Source: Pelomyxa schiedti
Taxonomy: Eukaryota > Protista > Evosea
Direction: 5' to 3'
Length of the DNA: 32,875 bases
Assembly (NCBI GenBank): GCA_020536535.1
Contig: JAHLWZ010000481.1
Span: 1-32,875, forward strand
Part shown: piece by piece, positions 22,515 through 31,454 of the stretch
Layout of the letters: each line of letters starts with the position of its first letter
Position numbering within the stretch: the first letter of the stretch is position 1
Position numbers and translations under genes: made by a program
The notes under the pieces: model-generated
Database searches by the model: none
The model's input: the letters and a program-made list of their open reading frames with translations, nothing else
Told to the model about the DNA's origin: nothing

Positions 22515-23950
22515 GACAACCGAGGCAACACAAGCCATCAGCGCACACACACCAAATCACGGAATCAACTGGGAAGTGATCTCGGTGCAATTGATTGGTT
22601 TTTGGGAAAATCGCAATTGCAGATAATTTATCTGTTACCAACCAATTGGCGGACTTATAAACCCCCAAAGAACACAAAATAACAAAATTACAAAACAAAT
22701 CCAAGATCTACACACAGAGTCCGGAGCAACATGCGACCGGGTCATACGTATGCACACTCACAACCTTGTTTTTTTGTTGCCTCCGGGCCTGCGACACACC
22801 CACCCTCGACGCAGTTACCGTGCTGTTTTTGTCGTATTCTTATTTCCGGTCAGGTTTTCGTCGTGCAACTCCACGTGTCTACAACACACTCTGCTCTGTG
22901 CTTCAAGGGGCACGGATCTACCAGACAGCAGGTAAAATGCCTTTTATCATTATTTTTTCTTACGATTATTGTGTGTAGATGATGCACCATCATCATTGCT
23001 GAAGAAGACCCGATGCGCTGTGTCGTTCGCTCAACAAACAACAGGCCAACACACACAGACACACACCCCACTCGGGGTGGTGGATGCCGTGGTTCGCGTT
23101 GTGGGTGTTGCCACCGCCGTCCACCGTGCCTTCAACAAGCGCGGTGCTGTGTGGGGTGGCTCTCGTCTCTCCGCGATTCCGTGCCGTCCTCCGCCTTGAG
23201 CGGGAATGCTGTGCCACACGTCACCTCTGTCGCATGAGGAGCACAACAAACCAGGTGTGACATCTTTTATTTTAAGTCATTCTTAACGTGTTTATTCCAG
23301 AGCCGAGCAGCATCACTTGACCTCGTAATCATCCATGTCATCAGCAGCAACAACAGGCCAACACACACACACCCCTCGGGGTGGGCGGATGCCGTGGTTC
23401 GCGTTGTGGGTGTTGCCACCGCCGTCCACCGTGCCTTCGACAAGCGCGGTGCTGTGTGGGGTGGCTCTCGTCTCTCCGCGATTCCGTGCCATCCTCCGCC
23501 TTGAGCGGGAATGCTGTGCCACACATCATGCCTCTGCCATGAGGAGCACAACAAACCAGGTGTGACATCTTTTATTTCAAATGATTCTTAACCCGCTTTC
23601 CAGAGTCGAGCAGCGGAATCATCACTTGAGATAGTAATCATCCATATGAGCAACAATAGGCCAACACACACACCCCACTCGGGGTGGTGGATGCCGTGGT
23701 TCGCGTTGTGGGTGTTGCCACCGCCGTCCACCGTGCCTTCAACAAGCACGGTGCTGTGTGGGGTGGCTCTCGTCTCTCCGCGATTCCGTGCCATCCTCCG
23801 CCTGAGTGGGAATTCTGTGCCACACATCATCAACAACAGCTGACAGATAGAGCCCATTCACTGGTTCTTGCTTTTCCACTTTACCTCTATGTGACCACCA
23901 CACAAACGATTTGTCCTGGGAAAAAAGAATCAAGATATTTTCGAACCCCC
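22515..23950 (+). repeat. Repeat cassette locus 1: promoter-like motif, short exons and three ~305-bp tandem exon+intron units
   Basis: Cores at 23082-23219, 23387-23524 and 23689-23825. Intron-like GT-AG segments at 22748-22814, 22932-22978, 23255-23300 and 23560-23603, the last two with a CTTAAC branch-like motif. Confidence 0.9.
22642..22661 (+). promoter_or_regulatory. CCAATTGG + TATAAA promoter-like motif, conserved in all three cassette loci
   Basis: CCAATTGGCGGACTTATAAA occurs at 22642, 28964 and 31577, each 70-80 bp upstream of a conserved ATGCGACC. Confidence 0.5.
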
Positions 23951-24420
23951 CAAAATTGTGAGTGTGGTCTTAGGAGGTGCTGGTGTTCGAGTTGAAGAGA
24001 GAGTTGGGGTTGAACGAGTGCGGCTGCCAGTCTGCATGTCTTCCGGGGTTTTTTCTCTTTGCCTAAAACCCAAAGTGCCAGAAACCACAGCAGCTCCATA
24101 ACTAATCTCAGTTCCATCACCCACCATCCCGCGAGCAAGCTTTGCATGGCCACCAGCACACAACCCAATCAACACCGCTGTTATCTCCTTGATAATCACC
24201 TTCAGACCTGCCAGCTCCACCTGCGCTCACATAAACAGCCAAAGGAGATGATAACCCAAGCACAGTAGAACCATTATTCAGGATACAACCAGACACACGA
24301 GAAACATAAGCATCTGTTGTGCATCGAAAGGACTCTCGCACAAACCAGGCCCACAAGTGGGGACATGGCCTCCGCGACGCCGAACAGGGCGACAACCACG
24401 AAGACGACAGCGATGGCCGA
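23930..24420 (-). pseudogene. Fragment of an ankyrin-like family gene with stops and frameshifts
   Basis: ALFGVAEAMSPLVGLVCARVL followed, after stops, by VLIGLCAGGHAKLAR (ankyrin-like G-H motif). The family assignment is from recollection. Confidence 0.4.
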
Positions 24421-24424
24421 ATGG

Positions 24425-24930
24425 ACACTGGGGGTTTCGCGGCTTGTGTGGGACTGCGTCGTGTCCCCGGGGTGGCTCGACCATCCCACAATCAAGCGCG
24501 ACGACAAGGGCGTGTGCCCAAGGGCGCTGTTGTGGTGGGTCCGCAACAATGGCGAGTTCCACGTTCAAAACAAAAATCTTCTCGCACCAACCGCCGATGA
24601 ACCGCCCGCCAGGTCGGCACGAGCCGTTGCATCCCCAGGGGGCACATTATGGGTGCGTGTTGTTCATGTCAAACAGAACTGTGCATGTTCCACTGGTGAA
24701 TACAACAAAGCCAAGTGAAGGTACACCAACATTACTGCATGTGTTTGCAGGCTCTGGAAATAGTACTGTCCCACTTGCCACGTGGCCATTTCCAACAAGT
24801 TGCTGCACAATGCCAGTTTTTCGTCATGGGACACCCACTGGAAGTCAACAACTCTTGTGTGTTGGATAGATTCTGGTTAGAGCCAGATGCCCACCCACAC
24901 AGCTTGCCTGCAGGTCAACGAAGATAGATT
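24425..24930 (+). pseudogene. Fragment of another expanded-family gene (RLVWDCVV motif), frame broken near 24718
   Basis: GVSRLVWDCVVSPGW...ARAVASPGGTLWVR looks protein-like, but I could not build a complete model. Confidence 0.3.
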
Positions 24931-25135
24931 CAATAAATACCACCCTCATTTTTGCCTTGTGCAATTTAACAACCACAATGAGATTATTTGACATCCGAGT
25001 GATCCTGATCTGATGACATCATCCTATTTTTTTTTGTCTGTTTCTCCTTCCAAAAGAAAAAAAACACAAGGACCAACTTCACCATCGCCCCCCTGCCCAC
25101 ATCGAGCCACCAAATCCGAAGGCACCCACAACAAC

Positions 25136-26483
25136 ATGTCCACCAAAAGAGGTGTGGTACAACAACCACAGAGGTACTCCCCATCAACATCAACGGCGAC
25201 GGCCCAACAACCAAAGAAGGCAACAACCACAAAAACAACAACAGCGAAATGCGTCGAGCAGCACGCGCAGGCGCTGTTGCACGTGCCCGAACTGAGCAAG
25301 GCTGACCCAGTAATCAAGGGGCTTTGGGACCAGGCCCACTGCGAACACTTCCCAGGCGACATGGGGGCCTTGCCGTGCTGCCAGCGCACGCGCCGCGCGG
25401 CCGACATGGCCACGGCGCTCATGGGCCGCCTGAGGCAGGCGCGCACCGAGAGGGCCGACGCCCTGAAACTGCAAAAGGACGCCGAGAAGAGAGCCGGCGT
25501 GCTCGAGAGAAAGCTTGGGGTGCTCAAGAACAACCTCGAGAGGGCCGAGGCGGACGCGGCCGCGGTCGTTGGCCAGAGCCGCGAAGCCGACGCACAGGCA
25601 CAGAACGACGAGGTGGCTGCGAGGGAATCGCAGCTGCTGCAGGCTGCGAGGCAGGAGGAGCTGGTGGTGGCCCTGCGGGGGCAGCTGTCAGAGAGGACCC
25701 AGCAGCTGCAGGACCAGGTGTCCCTATGTGCTGCAGCAAAGGACGAGGCGAGGAAGGCCAGGGAGGATGCGGCGAAGGCGGCGCAAAGGATGAACACCGA
25801 TAATGCCAACTTGCAGGCCCAGCTGTCCAACGCGATCCAGGAAATCACTGACTTGAAGAAGAAGTTGGTGGCCGGGGAGGAAGACAAGGCACTGCGCAAT
25901 GACGAGCTGGAACAAGCAAACAACGCGAACAAGCAGCTGGCTGGGGACCTGGAAGAGTACAAGACGTTGTGCAATAAACTCTCCAGCGAACAGGACCGAC
26001 AGAAAGAGGAGTTCGATAAGGCGAAGCAATTGTCATCGGCAACTATTACTGAAATACAGACTGATCTGTCAAAGTCCAGCGAGGAAAACGCCGATTTAAA
26101 GGGCAAGTTGGCTGCCCTCCAGACCGAACATGAAGAGGTGTTGCATGATATTATGCCTAGCAAAAGAGGTCCTCCTACAGAGGCAGCTCAAACTCACACA
26201 GCGGCGAAAAAGAGAAAGAGGAACACGAATAAACCGGTATTGGAGTGTTGTTGTGTTCTACATTTCGTGTAGCATTTATATGTATATATTATTTCGATTT
26301 TCTAAATTTCAAACACAGAAGATTACAGCCGAGATGGCAATCCAGAGTCAGCGTCAGGCCGATGCCGTCATATTAGCAATGTCTTCTTCTTCTTCTGCTA
26401 CTACAACAACAGCAACTGGGTCCGCTTATGCTGCCACTTACATTGACGATTCTAATGTCCAAGTGAAATTTCCTCTTTCCTAA
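25136..26483 (+). CDS. Coiled-coil protein, two exons
   Basis: ATG 25136 and a long heptad-rich E/K/Q/A/L region. Phase-0 intron 26237-26318 joins KRKRNTNKP to KITAEM...KFPLS*. Basic KKRKR is an NLS-like motif. Confidence 0.75.
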
Positions 26484-26581
26484 ACCCACACAAAACTCTT
26501 TGAGACGCTCTATCTCTCTATATCTCCGATCCATCTCCTCTTATATACTATTCTATTCTCTTCTCTTCTCTTCCCTCTCTC

Positions 26582-27250
26582 TCACATCGCGTCTCTCAAC
26601 TCAAATTCAAATAGGCCTCCGCTGGTGACCATGGTACTACCGCTACCACTTCTACTTCCAAGGTTACTACCGTTCATGCCGATAGCACCACTGGAACTGG
26701 CAGCACTGCCGCCGCCTCCGCAGCTTCTGCTGCTGCGTTCTTCAAAGTCCCAAAGACGCAAGGAAATGCTGTTTTGTTGGAAGTGGATATTCCGGAAGGC
26801 CTCACTGAAGTTCACGGCGCTTGGCCACATTGCCCACTTGATCCCGCACTTGTATTTTACCTGGACTATCACCGACAACAACCAGGCTGGGTTGATCTAT
26901 ACATGATGAGGTTGTTGACACGCCATCTTCATATAGAGGTATGTATTCGCATGAACTCAACCATACAAACAAACGAAACCCGCAGACCTCTGTACTGTGT
27001 CTTGGCAAACACCGTGGTGACGTGCTACCTTCAAGCTCTGGAGCAATGATGAACATATGTTCCCTTGGCCGACGGCAGACAGCTTCTTTTTCTTTGTCCC
27101 GAACAGTGGTGTTCAAGGTGGAGCTGACCGAACTGGGGGCCAACACCACAACCCAGACCAACAACAACCCCAACACCAACACACTCAGTGAGAGTGCCGT
27201 CTCGCACTGAAATACACGATACACGTTTATCATGCTCGATCAACAACACA
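26582..27250 (-). other. Uncertain coding or pseudogene fragments
   Basis: Overlapping ORFs in different frames with intron-like GT-AG segments. No consistent model. Confidence 0.25.
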
Positions 27251-27350
27251 TTTTCTTCATGAGAAAGGTGTACCCTTCTTATGAGAGGTAGGCGTAGTGG
27301 TTTCAATTGAATGGATGGGTTGGTTTGTTGGGCTAAACGGTGGTGGGTGT

Positions 27351-28430
27351 TTAGGCCACCGTATTCGTAGGTCCGAGGTCTTGGCCAGAAGCATCCCCCT
27401 TCTCGATCATCGGCACTTTGGGATGGATCCACCGCCTGTGCTGTGTGCGGTGAGGGCTTGGCATGCTTTTACCGGGAAATACAAACCTCGAAAATTGGCC
27501 AATGGTCTCCGGGACAAGGTCGGTGTGAGATGGAGTCTTTCTGGCCTCCATAATACGCACAATGGCGGCCTGGTTGGGGAGTTAGGAGATGTTTTGATGG
27601 TACGAAGACATGCCTTGAGTTTGGCAAACTCAAGAGGTCCTGATTGACCTCAACACAGTAGGATCGTCTTCAGGTTTATCGCCAATTGAACACTCAGCAC
27701 GCAATTAATGCGTGCGCGGCCCTTTTCTGGATTAATTTAGTGCGATTGCATAGCATACAAGGACAACCGAGTACCTCGAAGGAATTTCTTGGTACGGTGA
27801 ATGTGTGTTCACTACAATTGTTAACGGCTTCGCCATCACTGCAAGTAAGTAAGAATTTTCACAGCTTGACAAGGAGTTAGAGGAGGAGGAGGGAAGGTCA
27901 CAAGTGAGTCCAGGTACACGAGTTAAACCATAAGGTTACTTTCCTTCCTTCCTTGGAACTTAGTATCATAGAACTAGTTTTGAAGCTCTCCACAGCTGCA
28001 TTTACCTGTGGTATCATGCGTGAGCTTTAATGTTACGAAATTTGGTGGTGAGAGTCTGACATCTGAGGTGGCCATGAACCGCACAGTTACGGCAAGAACG
28101 AAAATGTTGAAGCCAACTGCAATGAAGTTAATGCGACCTTTGGGTTGAATTGCCATTACACGGAAGTGAAAGGTCCTCGTCTCAAGATAATTCTGGAACT
28201 CGGTATGTATTGATATGCTTTGCTTTGCTTTGCTCAGTGTCATATCTGTAATCAATCATTCGCGAATGAAATTCATACATGAAGTCTTCTCTGTTGTTGG
28301 GGTGGTACCAACAAAAAGAACAGGAGGCACACCTGTTGTACAAAAAAAAAAACAGAGACAGGGTCACACAGAGTCGTGTGCGGTTGTCAAGGGTGCGCAA
28401 CTTCTCCCAAGTTGAGTTTCGCTCAAAGGT
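27351..28430 (-). pseudogene. Cullin pseudogene (C-terminal cullin-homology and neddylation regions)
   Basis: Spliced remnants give [E]DRSYCVE|AAIVRIMEARKTPSHTDLVPETIGQFSRF and a frameshifted ...TYEY[V]A* end. Upstream are MTLSK..SIHTEFQNYLE and FYDTKFQGRK. These match the cullin motifs EDR...IEAAIVRIMKxRK...YxYxA and FY..K..GRKL.W. Multiple frameshifts are present. Confidence 0.8.
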
Positions 28431-28739
28431 AAAGTAATAGTTGTTGTTTAGACGTTTTCTTTTGTTGTCGCAGATCCGGCTACTGCTAGCAGCGGCACCT
28501 CGTTGCTTGTTTGTTCTTTAGTTTTCTTCTTCGTTCGGCATGCCAACGTCTGGTTTTTCTTTGAAGCGATCAGATCTGGAAGGCCTTGCTCTGGAAGCCA
28601 CCGCAGGAACGAACTCCAGAAACCCAGTGGAAGGTTCTGACTCAGACTTCTCCAACATCCTGTGATGGGTACCCTCTTCCGAGAACCGCCGTCCCAACCA
28701 ACGGGCAAAAACAGAGATGTAGGTGGAGCCACTTACCAC

Positions 28740-30122
28740 CGACAAGCGACCAGCACACCAACACAAGCCAGTCAGCGCCCACACCAAACCACTGAACAAT
28801 GTGGAAGTGATCTGTTTGGTGCAATTGGTTTTTGGGAAAATCGCAATTGCAGATAATTTATCTGTAAGAACCAATTGGCAGAATACAATAATCAACGGAC
28901 CGTAACGCTGTCATTTTCGTTATCGTCCCTCAGGATCCGCGGTCTGGTGTTTTTTTTATTCAGCCAATTGGCGGACTTATAAACCCCTAAAGAACACAAA
29001 ATTAATCATAAAAAAATAATAAAACCAAGATCTACACATTTCGGCAACCAACAGCATGCGACCCGGCCATACGTGGATGCATTCACAACTTTGTTTTTTT
29101 TTTCTCATTGGTGCCTGTCACACTCGCGACACAGTGACGGTGCTGTTGTTGTGTCTTCTTCTCGTTGACCCGCCCTTCTTCTTATTTCGTTTCGGGTCAG
29201 GTGTTTTCTTGCACTGTTTGCCGCGTTGCAACTCCCAAGTTGTGTTCAAGAAGAACTGTTCTTGGAGTCACACCAACGGCAAGATCGATTATACATAAAG
29301 TAAAATGCCTTTTTTATTATGATTAGTATTTCTTATTCTCGATTATTGTGTGTAGATGATGATGCACCGTCAACGACAATGGCGGGTGGCTGAAGAAGAT
29401 CCGACGCGTTAAAACACAACAACAAGCAACAACATGTGGAGGCCAACACCCTCGGGGGGGCGGATGCCGTGGTTCGCGTTGTGGGTGTTGCCACCGCCGT
29501 CCACCGTGCCTTCAACAAGCGCGGTGCTGTGTGGGGTGGCTCTCGTCTCTCCGCGATTCCGTGCCGTCCTCCACCTTGAGCGGGAATGCTGTGCCCTCTG
29601 TAACAAGAGCAGGAGGGTGACTTTGCCGTGGGACTGGTGCACAACAAACCAGGTGTGACATCTTTTATTTCAAATGATTCTTAACCCGCTTTCCAGAGCG
29701 GAATCATCACTTGAGATCGTAATCATTCATATAATCAGCAGCAACAACAGGCCAACACACACACACACACACCCCACTCGGGGGGGCGGATGCCGTGGTT
29801 CGCGTTGTGGGTGTTGCCACCGCCGTCCACCGTGCCTTCAACAAGCGCAGTGCTGTGTGGGGTGGCTCTCGTCTCTCCGCGATTCCGTGCCGTCCTCCGC
29901 CTTGAGTGGAATGTGCCACACATCATCAACAACATCTGACAGAGAGAGCTCCCCCCATTCACCGGTTCTTGCTTTTTCCCACTTTCCGCTCTCGCTGTGT
30001 CCATCCACACGTCTACGAAAAAAGAATCAAGATATTTTTGTGAACCCCAAAATTCCTAAATTCCTTCCTGTGGTTTCGAATGGGTCGATCAAAACAAAGC
30101 CACCAGGGTCCTTCTTGGTGCT
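28740..30122 (+). repeat. Repeat cassette locus 2 (two cores)
   Basis: Cores at 29462-29595 and 29788-29921, intron-like segment 29653-29696, ATG 29056. Confidence 0.9.
28879..28963. mobile_element. 85-bp MITE-like insertion with 8-bp target-site duplication (hAT-type)
   Basis: CCAATTGG at 28871-28878 and 28964-28971 flanks an insert absent from the paralogous sites at 22642 and 31577. Imperfect 24-bp terminal inverted repeats match at 18/24 positions. Confidence 0.8.
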
Positions 30123-30271
30123 GTAGTTCCTAACACTTATCAGTAAACCCCGGACCCCCCTCACTATATCTTTTTCCTTTATTAACCCGTTTTGGGTTTT
30201 CCAACGTTCCAGGCGAAGCTTCGATACCTTTTCCACCTGGTTGATCAAAGAACACCAACACAACAGAAAAC

Positions 30272-30371
30272 NNNNNNNNNNNNNNNNNNNNNNNNNNNNN
30301 NNNNNNNNNNNNNNNNNNNNNNNNNNNNNNNNNNNNNNNNNNNNNNNNNNNNNNNNNNNNNNNNNNNNNNN
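30272..30371. other. Assembly gap (100 N)
   Basis: Run of 100 N. Confidence 1.
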
Positions 30372-31170
30372 TACGAAGACATGCCTTGAGTTTGGCAAAC
30401 TCAAGAGGTCCTGATTGACCTCAACACAGTAGGATCGTCTTCAGGTTTATCGCCAATTGAACACTCAGCACGCAATTAATGCGTGCGCGGCCGTTTTCTG
30501 GATTAATTTAGTGCGATTGCATAGCATACAAGGACAACCGAGTACCTCGAAGGAATTTCTTGGTACGGTGAATGTGTGTTTCACTACAATTGTTAACGGC
30601 TTCGCCATCACTGCAAGTAAGTAAGAATTTTCACAGCTTGACAAGGAGCTAGAGTAGGAGGGAAGGTCACAAGTGAGTCCAGTTATACGTTAAACCATAA
30701 GGTTACTTTCCTTCCTTCCTTGGAACTTAGTATCATAGAACTAGTTTTGAAGCTCTCCACATCTGCATTTACCTGTGGTATCATGCGTGAGCTTTAATGT
30801 TAAGAAATTTGGTGGTGGGAGTCTGACATCTGAGGTGGCCATGAACCGCACAGTTGCGGCAAGAACGAAAATGTTGAAGCCAACTGCAATGAAGTTAATG
30901 CGAAAGGTCCTCGTCTCAAGATAATTCTGGAACTCGGTATGTATTGATATGCTTTGCTTTGCTTTGCTCAGTGTCATATCTGTAATCAATCATTCGTGAA
31001 TGAAATTCATGCATGAAGTCTTCTCTGTTGGGGTGGTACCAACAAAAAGAACAGGAGGCACACCTGTTGTACAAAAAAAAAAAAACAGAGACAGGGTATC
31101 ACAGAGTCGTGTGCGGTTGTCAAGGGGGTGCGCAACTTCTCCCAAGTTGAGTTTCGCTCAAAGGTAAAGT
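30372..31170 (-). pseudogene. Second copy of the cullin pseudogene, cut by the gap
   Basis: Near-identical to 27601-28430, with a 33-bp deletion near 30903. Confidence 0.75.
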
Positions 31171-31454
31171 AGTAGTAGTTGTTGTTTAGACGTTTTCTTT
31201 TGTTGTCGCATATCCGCTACTGCTAGCAGCGGGACCTCGTTGCATGTTTGTTCTTCTTTTCTTTAGTTTTCTTCTTCGTTCGGTGTTGCCCACTTCTGGT
31301 TTTTCTTTGAAGCGATCAGATCTGGTTGTTTCACTGGAAGCCACCACTAGAACGAACACCAGAAACCCAGTGGAGGTTCTGACTCAGACTTCTCCAACAT
31401 CCTGTGATGGGTACCCTCTTCCGAGAACCGAGTGAGACAAGCGCTGTGGTGGAC

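Larger units (their letters stand above)
27601..30122. repeat. Segmental duplication copy A (cullin pseudogene part plus cassette locus 2)
   Basis: Colinear with 30372-32875, both starting tacgaagacatgccttgag, with many substitutions and indels. Confidence 0.9.

Noticed and set aside
22997-23010. Conserved in-frame TGA upstream of the first core as selenocysteine or readthrough
   Set aside because: No SECIS-like element identified and no evidence that the upstream frame is translated.
23082-23219. Hammerhead or HDV ribozyme in the core
   Set aside because: No CUGANGA/GAAA catalytic motifs on either strand and no HDV pseudoknot evident.
23045-23830. CRISPR-like array (repeat plus variable spacer)
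   Set aside because: Units are ~305 bp, the spacers are homologous to each other and contain spliceosomal introns, and no cas genes are present.
25024-26163. 379-aa minus-strand ORF (also 20418-21176 +, 19292-19840 +, 13816-14238 +)
   Set aside because: Antisense shadows of GC-rich coding regions; the opposite strands carry the family motifs or coiled-coil pattern.
26582-27250. WD40 gene
   Set aside because: The WD-like words (VVVGDSPGKIQV, LRLWDF) lie in different frames and partly in intron-like sequence; support is insufficient.
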